Shown here in pieces: positions 11,335 to 19,988 of a DNA stretch of 64,000 nt (its first letter is position 1; the number at the start of each line of letters is the position of its first letter). Under the pieces are notes generated by a model that was given only the letters and a program-made list of their open reading frames with translations, did not search any database and was not told where the DNA came from. A program made the translations under genes and the position numbers. Source of the DNA: an uncultured Bacilli bacterium (GTDB lineage Bacteria > Bacillota_I > Bacilli_A > RF39 > UBA660); assembly GCA_949505625.1 (NCBI GenBank), contig CATBQD010000009.1, positions 476 through 64,475 of the forward strand. The letters run 5' to 3'.

Positions 11335-14247
11335 ATGAGAGAAAAATCAAATAAAAACCAAAAGAAATATGACGGTATTTTTTTAGAAAAACCAATTAGT
11401 AATGCTAATGAAGATGTTTTTGGCATTTCTCCCTATGCAGAACAATTGTATACTGCAATTGAAAATGAGGCTAAATTTATAGCAATTGATGGTCAACATG
11501 GGAGTGGAAAATCTAGTTTAATTAATATGGTAAATGATATAATAAAGAAGCCGAAAAAAAAGCATTTTTGGAATCGAAAACAAAAGAATTTTTTTGTCAA
11601 TATTAACTTTTTAAATATTAATGAATCTAGTATTGAAAGTAATGAAATTGTTTCTTCTAACGAAATCGGCGAAAATTGTAAAGAAAAACAGACAAATCAA
11701 AGTATTATTAATAAATATCATAGATATTTTGTGAACCAAGTTGCAAATGATTTATATAGAAATCCATATGATATTGAAAAATTATTTTATAATAATTTTA
11801 TTTCCTATTCTACAGTTTCTTTACAAAATCATACAAAATGGAAAATGATTATTGATAAACTATTATTAATTTTATTTTCATATGCTGTAGTATATTTATC
11901 ATCTTTTAGTGCATTAGAGGACACAAAAGTTTTCAAACCAGTGAAAGAATTGGCTACTATAATATTTTGGATTTCCTTATTTGTCATATTAATCCTCCTA
12001 GTTCTTTATGGATATGGATTTTATAAACCAGAAAAATCTGAGCAAAGTCCAATGTTAGATGTTGATAAATGTAGAAATAATCTATGCAAAATATTATTTA
12101 ATGTAGTTCCTAAGAAGAGTAATGTATATTTTATTATTGATGATCTAGATAGAGTAGATAAGACCTTGCAGTTACAAATTATTTCTCTATTATATAATGA
12201 ATATTATCCATTAGATAATCTTATTAAAAATATTAATCTAAAATTTATTTTTATGATAGATATTCATAAATTAAATGAGAATGATGTTGATGCATATAAA
12301 TTATTTGATTATATTATTAATGTCTCTAATAATCAACCTATAGTTTTAAGAAATTACATTGAAAAAATGATTGAGGAAGATGCAATTTTAAGATTAATTT
12401 TTAAAGATATAAAATCAAGAGATTATATTATTGGCTTAATTGCAAATCATTATTCAAAAATAAGAAATATCAAACATTTATTTAACCGAATTATTATGAA
12501 ATATTTGTATTTAAAAAATCAAGGGTATCAAGATATTAATAGAGAGCAATTAATAATAATAAGTTTACTAGCTGGTTTAAATGAAACTGATAAATTGAAT
12601 GAAGCATTAGATATAGCAGTTAATAAATCCATAAATCAAATATCTGATGATGGAAATGATAAAGGTAATAAAGATGATAAAAAGATGTTTACAATTATTA
12701 AAGAAGTGCTTCGTAAAAACTTAATAGATAATAATTTCTATATTTATCTATATAATTTTATAGATGTAAATGATTTATTAACTTCTGATGAACAATTGAT
12801 TTATAAAACTGCAAATGATAATTATTCTTCAACAGAAGAAGATTGGACACATGTATATGAAATACTGGAAGGTGACGGTGTATCATTTTCCAAAATATAT
12901 AATCAGATTTATAAATATTTAAGTAATAACGGAAAACTGTTAATGTTGGGAAGCCCTAAATTTTATTACTATGTTAAAATGAATTTCTCACTAAAAGATA
13001 TTGATATAAAAGATGTATATAAAAATCAATTTATACATTTATCTTTTTCAAACATTTGTGGAACGGATGGAATAATTTCTCTACCTTCTGAAGAAACTGA
13101 GACTTTAAATAATTATTATACTGAATATGTAAAAAATGTTAATAATGAAGAAGCAAAAGAAAGATTCATAGTAGAATTAAAAGAATTTATAACCAGTATG
13201 AAGTGGAATATAAAGTATTTTAAATTATCAAATTTTCTAGATTCAGTTTCATTAGAAAAAGATCTCTTTGATTTGTTATATAGTCAAAAATATAATGAAG
13301 TTCCAGTTATCTTTGAAATGATTTTAAATGGTTGTTTGAAGTGGGAAAATATAAAAGCATTTATTGATGATGATATGATAAATGACATTCTAAAAATAGA
13401 AGATATAGAATCAAGAAAGAAGTTAGAGGAAAGTATATTAAAAGTTGATATTCCATTCAATCACATATTATCTATTATTTGTAATGAAAAACAAAAATTA
13501 ACTGATATTGATTCTTATCTAGAAAAGATAAATGAAATGGAGAATAAAACAATTTCATTAGAAAAATTGGCAAAGATTATTGAGCTTTATGGATATAAAG
13601 AAATTTTAGATAAGCATATCATAGCTCTTTTAGATAATGATTCTAAAAAAGTAGTTAATTTCTTCAAGCAATATGAATTGAATTTATCAAAAAAAATATT
13701 AAACCATTTAAATTCAATTCGATATGTATACTCTTATAATAAGTTTTATAATGATTTATTTATAAAAGAAAAATATTATAAATTGTATATTTATTCCAAA
13801 GCAATAGAGAAAAAGTCTTTTGAAGTAGAAAGCAAACTGAAAACTAGGAAAGAATATATAAAATCCTTGATGGATGTGTATATAAGAATGGATGAAGGAT
13901 TTAAAAGGTATCATTTTTCGGATAATTTTAAAATCACTATTATTGACAATTTCAAATTAGATGATTTTGAAATTACAGAAGATAATTTTTGGAAAATATT
14001 AATATTAATTCCCAAAATTAATGACTATAGTAAAGCACAGAAATTTTTTGAAAGAATAAGAGAGTTGAATCTATTAAAAGCCTTTTCTAAATATTGTAGT
14101 AATGAATGTAAAGAATTAGAGTTTATAAAAAACTTGAGGATGTATGCAGAAGAATTTGGAGACAAATCTGATAAATCAATATTAACTAGAGCCAAAAGAA
14201 AATTGGAAAACGAAATGGAAAAATCAAAATCAATTACTCAAAGTTAA
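11335..14247 (+). CDS. KAP-family P-loop NTPase with 2 TM helices inserted in the NTPase domain
   Basis: Walker A IDGQHGSGKSSL. Two hydrophobic helices (LLLILFSYAVVYLSSF and IIFWISLFVILILLVLYGYGF) lie between Walker A and Walker B. The Walker B is VYFIIDDLDR, the hhhhDDLDR motif that is the KAP hallmark. The likely start is the ATG at 11335 after GTGAGGAA (the track's GTG at 11323 is the RBS itself). An extended -10 element, TGGTAAAAT, lies at 11291. The last 7 codons and the stop are encoded by repeat copy D. Confidence 0.75.
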   Translation: MREKSNKNQKKYDGIFLEKPISNANEDVFGISPYAEQLYTAIENEAKFIAIDGQHGSGKSSLINMVNDIIKKPKKKHFWNRKQKNFFVNINFLNINESSIESNEIVSSNEIGENCKEKQTNQSIINKYHRYFVNQVANDLYRNPYDIEKLFYNNFISYSTVSLQNHTKWKMIIDKLLLILFSYAVVYLSSFSALEDTKVFKPVKELATIIFWISLFVILILLVLYGYGFYKPEKSEQSPMLDVDKCRNNLCKILFNVVPKKSNVYFIIDDLDRVDKTLQLQIISLLYNEYYPLDNLIKNINLKFIFMIDIHKLNENDVDAYKLFDYIINVSNNQPIVLRNYIEKMIEEDAILRLIFKDIKSRDYIIGLIANHYSKIRNIKHLFNRIIMKYLYLKNQGYQDINREQLIIISLLAGLNETDKLNEALDIAVNKSINQISDDGNDKGNKDDKKMFTIIKEVLRKNLIDNNFYIYLYNFIDVNDLLTSDEQLIYKTANDNYSSTEEDWTHVYEILEGDGVSFSKIYNQIYKYLSNNGKLLMLGSPKFYYYVKMNFSLKDIDIKDVYKNQFIHLSFSNICGTDGIISLPSEETETLNNYYTEYVKNVNNEEAKERFIVELKEFITSMKWNIKYFKLSNFLDSVSLEKDLFDLLYSQKYNEVPVIFEMILNGCLKWENIKAFIDDDMINDILKIEDIESRKKLEESILKVDIPFNHILSIICNEKQKLTDIDSYLEKINEMENKTISLEKLAKIIELYGYKEILDKHIIALLDNDSKKVVNFFKQYELNLSKKILNHLNSIRYVYSYNKFYNDLFIKEKYYKLYIYSKAIEKKSFEVESKLKTRKEYIKSLMDVYIRMDEGFKRYHFSDNFKITIIDNFKLDDFEITEDNFWKILILIPKINDYSKAQKFFERIRELNLLKAFSKYCSNECKELEFIKNLRMYAEEFGDKSDKSILTRAKRKLENEMEKSKSITQS

Positions 14248-14280
14248 ACAACTGACTTAGTAATCAGCATAAAAGCATAA
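14231..14280. repeat. Cassette-boundary repeat, copy D (right half only; ~90% identical to the right half of copy A)
   Basis: AATTACTCAAAGTTAAACAACTGACTTAGTAATCAGCATAAAAGCATAAG versus copy A AATTACTCAAAGTTAAGCAGCTGACTTAGTAATCGGCATAAAAACAATAA. Confidence 0.75.
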
Positions 14281-14285
14281 GAAAA

Positions 14286-14306
14286 AAGGAAGAAGACTTC
14301 CTTTTT
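14286..14306. terminator. Bidirectional hairpin terminator shared by the KAP NTPase (+) and the yjcZ-like gene (-)
   Basis: GGAAG AAGA CTTCC followed by TTTTTT, and preceded by an A-run on the other strand. Confidence 0.45.
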
Positions 14307-14482
14307 TAGTTATTAAATGCTCTTGCGCCAATAACGATTACTAATAAGATAAATAGGACTAAGATGATAGCAGCACCATATCCAGCACCACCACCGTATC
14401 CGTAGCCTCCACCATAAGATGGATACCCAGAATTGCAGCAACAGTTATTACCATAACCGCTGTAACCACCGTAATAATACAT
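14306..14482 (-). CDS. YjcZ-family-like small Gly/Tyr/Cys-rich sporulation peptide with a C-terminal membrane anchor
   Basis: MYYYGGYSGYGNNCCCNSGYPSYGGGYGYGGGAGYGAAIILVLFILLVIVIGA. Glycine-rich peptides with this hydrophobic tail (xxILVLFILLIIVG) are the Bacillus YjcZ sporulation family. The true start is likely the ATG at 14482, 6 nt after GGGAGGG. The ORF-track start at 14497 lies inside the RBS. Confidence 0.5.
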   Translation of the reverse strand: MYYYGGYSGYGNNCCCNSGYPSYGGGYGYGGGAGYGAAIILVLFILLVIVIGARAFNN

Positions 14483-14590
14483 TATAATCCCTCCCATCTA
14501 ATCTAATATATTGTATTAAACTGTCAAAATAATGTTTATGAAATTCACCTATTTTTGAAAAATTGATTGTGAGATAATCAAATATATGTT

Positions 14591-15790
14591 ATGATTAAAT
14601 ATAGAGTAGGTGAGGATATGATCAAGCAAATAAGACGTAACTTACATGATTTAGATAAACCATTACTCTTTATTACTGTAGCATTCTTTTTGTTTGGATT
14701 ATTCAATATCGTAACTGCCTCTAGTAGAGAAGCTGTTGTTAGATATGATGCTTCTATGTATCATTATTTCTTTCAGCAATTAAAAATGCTTGCTATTGGT
14801 TTTGTAGGATTTTTAATTATCATTAATGTTGATAGTAAAAACTATCCAAAATGGGCATTTTTCTTATTTATAGGAGTCTTATTTTTATTAATTTATTTAT
14901 CTTTAGCTGGAACAGAACATAAAGGCGCTAAAAACTGGGTTAATATTATGGGATTTTCCTTTCAACCTAGTGAATTTGCGAAACCCATTATTATCGTTTC
15001 TTTAGCTTGTTTATTTGACTTATTTGGTAAAAAATTAAAAAATAAACGAATTGCTCATTATGATATGATATCTGTTATTTTGATTGTAGGATTATTAATT
15101 CCTGTTATTGTCTTTTTGCAGAAAGACTTTGGAACCATGTTAATCTTAATGACGATTTTCTTTGTAATGTTTTTTGCAAGCCCCATTTTAAGAATAGAAA
15201 AACTAAAAACTTTTTTCTTATTAATTGGACTTGGTATTGTAGCATGTGCTATGATGATTATGGTAAAAGGATATATTTTATCTCCAGCTCAAATGGCTAG
15301 ATTTGATTTCTTTAATCCTTGTTCAAAATATGAAGAAGGAGGATATCAAGTCTGTAATGGCTTTATCGCTTTTAACGATGGAGGACTATGGGGGTTAGGA
15401 ATTGGAAAAAGTAAACAAAAATATTCATATATACCAGAACCACATACTGATAGTATCTTTGCAATTATAGGAGAAGAATGGGGGTTTTTAAAAAGCACAT
15501 TGATTTTTATTGTTTATGCATATATCTTAAAACGGATCTTAGATCTATCATCCAAAGCGAATACAATAAGAGGAAAATTTATTTGCTTAGGCGTTCCTAC
15601 TTATATATTTTCCCATGTTTTAATTAATTTAGGAGGACTATTTGGAGTGATCCCATTAACTGGAGTTCCACTTCCGTTCTTATCATATGGAGGATCATTT
15701 GCCATTTCTTTAATAGGATCATTAAGTCTGGTACAAAGAATTCATATAGAAACGAAAAATCAAAAAATTAATATAGGAGGAAGAATATGA
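14591..15790 (+). CDS. SEDS-family peptidoglycan glycosyltransferase (FtsW/RodA/SpoVE)
   Basis: Multi-TM protein with the conserved SEDS loop GIGKSKQKYSYIPEPHTDSIFAIIGEEWGF. An alternative start lies at 14618, just after GGTGAGGA. Confidence 0.8.
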   Translation: MIKYRVGEDMIKQIRRNLHDLDKPLLFITVAFFLFGLFNIVTASSREAVVRYDASMYHYFFQQLKMLAIGFVGFLIIINVDSKNYPKWAFFLFIGVLFLLIYLSLAGTEHKGAKNWVNIMGFSFQPSEFAKPIIIVSLACLFDLFGKKLKNKRIAHYDMISVILIVGLLIPVIVFLQKDFGTMLILMTIFFVMFFASPILRIEKLKTFFLLIGLGIVACAMMIMVKGYILSPAQMARFDFFNPCSKYEEGGYQVCNGFIAFNDGGLWGLGIGKSKQKYSYIPEPHTDSIFAIIGEEWGFLKSTLIFIVYAYILKRILDLSSKANTIRGKFICLGVPTYIFSHVLINLGGLFGVIPLTGVPLPFLSYGGSFAISLIGSLSLVQRIHIETKNQKINIGGRI

Positions 15791-16158
15791 AAAAAAATGG
15801 ATTTACGTTAGCTGAACTTTTAGGAGTAGTTGTTATTTTAGGACTTTTACTTCTTCTTGTATTCCCATCTGTCGTAAAAGAATTAAAAGAAGGAGAATCA
15901 AATATTGAAGGAGCTGTAGAACAAATTATCAAAAATGGAGCTTCAAACTATATTGAAAATAATAAAAGTATTTATCCATCAAATACAAATGCCACTTATT
16001 GTATTACTTTAAATACTTTAGTAAATGCAGGAGAAATCTCTAAAAGTTTACTCATTGATAAAAAAGGAAAGGCTTTGGATTTAGGAAAAAAAGTAGAAGT
16101 TCAGATTCAAAATGGTCAAAAAACTTATAAAATGAATGATCAATGTCAAAATAGTTAG
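15787..16158 (+). CDS. Type IV (pseudo)pilin, ComGC-like
   Basis: N-terminal class III signal MKKNGFTLAELLGVVVILGLL (G/FTLxE prepilin cleavage and methylation motif). Two Cys residues near the C-terminus. Its start overlaps the SEDS stop codon (ATGA). Confidence 0.75.
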   Translation: MKKNGFTLAELLGVVVILGLLLLLVFPSVVKELKEGESNIEGAVEQIIKNGASNYIENNKSIYPSNTNATYCITLNTLVNAGEISKSLLIDKKGKALDLGKKVEVQIQNGQKTYKMNDQCQNS

Positions 16159-16201
16159 GATTTTATAAAATAAATTTAGTATCATTTTATGAGGTGATAA
16201 A

Positions 16202-16867
16202 ATGATACTAAAAATAAGAAAAGAAAAAAAGGCGCTGCTGATTATAAGTATCATTCTTTTTTTATTTTTAATGAATTTTTTCTTTCATAGTGAAAAAGAA
16301 CAAATAATTGAAGAAGCTATTGTAGAAAAAGAAGAAATCTTTAAAAATAAAACGATACAAGTAGATATTAAAGGAGCAGTAAAAACTCCTGGAGTATATG
16401 AAATGGATACCAATTCTAGAGTACAAGATCTAATTTTAAAAAGCGGTGGATTATTAGAAAATGCTTATGTAAATACCATCAATTTAAGCAAAAAATTAGA
16501 AGATGAAATGGTTGTCATTATTTATACCAATGAAGAAATAAATACATTTTTAGAAGAAGAAACTAGAATAATGAAACAAGAAAATACTTGTGTTTGTCCA
16601 AAAGTAGAAAATAATGTTTGTATAAAAGAAGCTACTACAAATAAACCAACAGCGAACAAAGAAGATAATGCTACTAAGAAAGTCTCTTTAAATAATGGAA
16701 CTAAGGAAGACTTTGAAACCCTTTCTGGAATAGGAAGTTCAAAAGCAAACGCAATTATTGAATATCGAAATGAACATGGCAAATTTAATACTATTGAAGA
16801 AATAAAAAATGTAAGCGGAATAGGAGATGCAACTTTTGAAAAGATTAAAGAAAATCTTACACTCTAA
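16202..16867 (+). CDS. comEA: ComEA DNA receptor (SLBB + tandem helix-hairpin-helix)
   Basis: N-terminal TM, SLBB-like VDIKGAVKTPGVYEM...RVQDLILKSGG, and C-terminal HhH motifs EDFETLSGIGSSKANAIIEYRNEHGKFNTIEEIKNVSGIGDATFEKI. Confidence 0.85.
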   Translation: MILKIRKEKKALLIISIILFLFLMNFFFHSEKEQIIEEAIVEKEEIFKNKTIQVDIKGAVKTPGVYEMDTNSRVQDLILKSGGLLENAYVNTINLSKKLEDEMVVIIYTNEEINTFLEEETRIMKQENTCVCPKVENNVCIKEATTNKPTANKEDNATKKVSLNNGTKEDFETLSGIGSSKANAIIEYRNEHGKFNTIEEIKNVSGIGDATFEKIKENLTL

Positions 16868-18878
16868 GATATTTTATATTCTATTCCTTTTATTTTTGTT
16901 CTGTTATCTTTTCTTTTCGTATCAATTTGTTAATTCCAAATATTCTTCTAAAGACCAAATATTTACAGGAACTATTTTATCGAAAAAGATAAATGAAAAT
17001 TCAGCGATTTTAGAAATTAAAGCCAAAGAAAAATTATTAGTTTATTATAATTTTTCTTCTATAGAATTTGTAAACAAATTAAAAATTGGAGATGTGATTC
17101 AAGTAAAAGGGATTTTAGAAGTTCCAAATCGCAATAGCAATTTTCATCTATTTAATTATCAAGAATATTTAAAAGGAAAGCAAATTTATTGGATTTTAAA
17201 AACTGAAAATATTATTTTAAAAGAATCTTCTAAGGGACTTTATCTATGGAAAGATAAACTAATTAGAAGACTAGCAAAAAGAAAAAATGCCTCTTATTAT
17301 TTTGCGTTTTTATTGGGAGATAGTTCTAAATTAAAGTTTAAAAAGTTATATCAGGACTTAGGAATTAGTCATTTATTTGCTGTTTCTGGAATGCATATTC
17401 TTTTTATTGCAACAATATTATCAAAATTGTTTCAAAAAATATTTCATAAGGAAATTCACTCTTTTTTGTGTACTAGTTTCATATTAACATTTTATGTTTG
17501 GCTATTATCAGATAGTGCTTCTGCTAATAGAGCTTACTTTTTATATATTTTGTCTTTTTTAAATAAATATTATAAATGGGAATTTAGTTCCCTAAAATTA
17601 CTTTATTTTGTCGCTTTTATTTCATTATTTAGAAATCCTTTTTGTTTTTTGCAAATCGGTTTTCAATTTAGTTTTATCATTTGCTTTTTTCTAATGCTTC
17701 AAAAAAATACTTCAAAGGGATATTTGAAAAGTTTGTTTGAAACCTCCTTTTTGGCCTTTCTAGTAAGTATTCCACTTTCTATATACCATTTTAATCAAAT
17801 TCATTTAGGGACAATATTATTTAATATGGTCGCGGTACCAATTGTTACTATAGTATTGTTTCCATTAGCCTTTTTATCATTCTTATTAGAACCATTAGAA
17901 GTTTGTTTTACATTTTTAATCTTTTTATTTGAGACCTTGATGCAGATATTTCAAGTTTTTAATTTTTTAAAGCTCACTTTTAAAACTGTTTCAATTTTAT
18001 ATATTGTTTTTTACTATGGAATTTTGATTCTTGCTTTAAAATGTTCTAAAAAATGGTTACTATTATTTTTACTTCTTTTGAATATTCATTTTTCTCTTCC
18101 ATATTTATGTACCCATTATTGGATTGATATGATTGACATTGGGCAAGGAGATGCGATTTTAATTCGCTATCCCCATTTAAAGGAAACCATATTAATAGAT
18201 TGCGGAGGGATTTTACCTTATGGAACCCAACAAACATCAAAAGCAGAAACAGTATTGATTCCTTATTTTAATGCTTTAGGAATTAAGATAATAGATACAT
18301 TCATAATTACACATGGTGACTTTGATCATATGGGAGAAGCTATTAATTTAATTCGCGATTTTAAAATAAAAAAAGTAATTTTTAATGTTGGAGAATATAA
18401 TGAGTTGGAATTAGAATTAATCAAAGTTTTAAAAGAAAAGAGGATCCCTTATTATCAAAATATAAAATCATTAAAAATGGGAAAAGAAATTATTTATTTT
18501 TTAAATACGAAGGATTATCATAATGAAAATGAAAATAGTTCTGTTATTTATACAAAAATAGGAAATCAAAAGCTTTTATTGATGGGAGATGCTGGAATTG
18601 GAAAGGAAAAAGATATATTAAATAAGTATGATTTACAAGACATCGATATTTTAAAAGTAGGTCATCATGGAAGCAGTACTTCTTCAAGCAAAGAATTCAT
18701 TAATGAAATCGCTCCTAAAACATGTTTGATATCTGTGGGCAAAAACAATCATTATGGACATCCAACCGAATCAGTTTTGAACGTTTTAAATGAATGCGAC
18801 ATATATCGAACTGACATTCATGGCGGCATAGAAATAAAGTTAGGTAAAAAACAATATAAAATTAGAACAGTTAGTTAG
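16827..18878 (+). CDS. comEC: ComEC/Rec2 DNA internalisation channel with a C-terminal metallo-beta-lactamase domain
   Basis: Polytopic competence domain. The C-terminal MBL has motifs ITHGDFDHMGEA and KVGHHGSSTSS. It immediately follows comEA. The exact start is uncertain (overlap with comEA). Confidence 0.85.
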   Translation: MQLLKRLKKILHSKIFYILFLLFLFCYLFFSYQFVNSKYSSKDQIFTGTILSKKINENSAILEIKAKEKLLVYYNFSSIEFVNKLKIGDVIQVKGILEVPNRNSNFHLFNYQEYLKGKQIYWILKTENIILKESSKGLYLWKDKLIRRLAKRKNASYYFAFLLGDSSKLKFKKLYQDLGISHLFAVSGMHILFIATILSKLFQKIFHKEIHSFLCTSFILTFYVWLLSDSASANRAYFLYILSFLNKYYKWEFSSLKLLYFVAFISLFRNPFCFLQIGFQFSFIICFFLMLQKNTSKGYLKSLFETSFLAFLVSIPLSIYHFNQIHLGTILFNMVAVPIVTIVLFPLAFLSFLLEPLEVCFTFLIFLFETLMQIFQVFNFLKLTFKTVSILYIVFYYGILILALKCSKKWLLLFLLLLNIHFSLPYLCTHYWIDMIDIGQGDAILIRYPHLKETILIDCGGILPYGTQQTSKAETVLIPYFNALGIKIIDTFIITHGDFDHMGEAINLIRDFKIKKVIFNVGEYNELELELIKVLKEKRIPYYQNIKSLKMGKEIIYFLNTKDYHNENENSSVIYTKIGNQKLLLMGDAGIGKEKDILNKYDLQDIDILKVGHHGSSTSSSKEFINEIAPKTCLISVGKNNHYGHPTESVLNVLNECDIYRTDIHGGIEIKLGKKQYKIRTVS

Positions 18879-18892
18879 TAAGGAGAATGGAA

Positions 18893-19559
18893 ATGAATTA
18901 TATAAGAAGGCTAAGGATTATAGTAAAAATAGAAACGATTTAAATACTTACTATAAAGCTGGCAAACTTTTAGCGGAAGCAGGCAAGCATTATGGAGAAG
19001 GAATTATTAAAGAATATTCAATGAGACTAACCAATGAATTAAATCTAAAGAAGATATTGCAAAAATAAAATATTATATTGAAATAGTGGAAATTCAAAAT
19101 TTATCTGTTAGATAGTTAAGACAGAAAATTAAAAATAGTTCATATGAGCGATTGCCACAAGATACTCAACAACAGTTAGGCATTGGAACTCAATTTTATG
19201 TAGAAGCATTAATCAAAAATCCTATATTAATTAAAAATAGTAAGCATTGTAATGTGTTATCAGAAAAAATGGCAAACCAATTGACATTGGAGAATATTGA
19301 TAACTTTTTATTAGAACTTGGGAAAGATTTTTGTTATATTGGCAATGAATATAAAATTAAACTAGGAGAAAGGTATAATTATATCGATTTATTACTTTAT
19401 AATATAGAATTCAATTGTTATGTAGTAGTAGAACTAAAAGTAACAGAATTAAAAAAAGAACATATTGGATGGATAGAAGTTTATATGAATTGTATAGATA
19501 AAAATTTAAAGAAAATAAATCAAGATAGAACAATAAGAATTATTATTTGTAAAAAATAA
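18893..19559 (+). pseudogene. Degraded DUF1016/YhcG-family PD-(D/E)XK nuclease gene (frameshift, in-frame stop, N-terminal deletions)
   Basis: Fragments are spread over three frames: MEMNYIRRLRIIVKIETI*, then YYKAGKLLAEAGKHYGEGIIKEYSMRLTNEL (DUF1016 N-terminal motifs), then LSVR*LRQKI (a stop in the conserved WSVRELxRQI position). Finally an intact C-terminal PDDEXK core, FLLELGKDFCYIGNEYKIKLGERYNYIDLLLYNIEFNCYVVVELKV...TIRIIICK. Confidence 0.6.
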
Positions 19560-19876
19560 TCAATTTATAATGGCATATTGTTCTGATGAAAGAATCTTAT
19601 CTAGAGAATATGAATTACTATAATGAATATGCAAATATCTTTTTTATAAAATTTGAGTAAAAATTAGAACAATCATTTGAATAAATGTGAAATGAAATAA
19701 AAAAACACTTATTTTTGACACATAATGATGAAAATTGAATATACTATTTATAAAGATATAGAAAGAAAAAAGAATACAATTGATAAAATGGGGTATCTTA
19801 ATAGTATAAATTAAAAAGTAATAGAATTGTTTCAACAGGTTTTCCCTAAGACACGTTACCCATCGGTGGCGTTTTA

Positions 19877-19905
19877 TATAGATTTGAGGCATAAAATGCC
19901 TCTTT
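19877..19905 (+). terminator. Rho-independent terminator upstream of dnaG
   Basis: GAGGCAT AAA ATGCCTC followed by TTTTTGTGTATTTTTTTT. Confidence 0.6.
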
Positions 19906-19988
19906 TTGTGTATTTTTTTTAAAATATTCTTAAATTTTAAGGATTTTTAAAAGTTTTGTCGTATATTATTAGTAGGGAGTCTGATAAT

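Noticed and set aside
16522-18240. Minus-strand ORFs 16522..16782 and 18046..18240
   Set aside because: They are embedded antisense in comEA and comEC. No RBS and no motif.
19644-19892. Minus-strand 82-aa ORF in the dnaG upstream gap
   Set aside because: The translation is Phe/Ile/Tyr noise and it overlaps the plus-strand terminator hairpin. The region is better explained as a non-coding leader.
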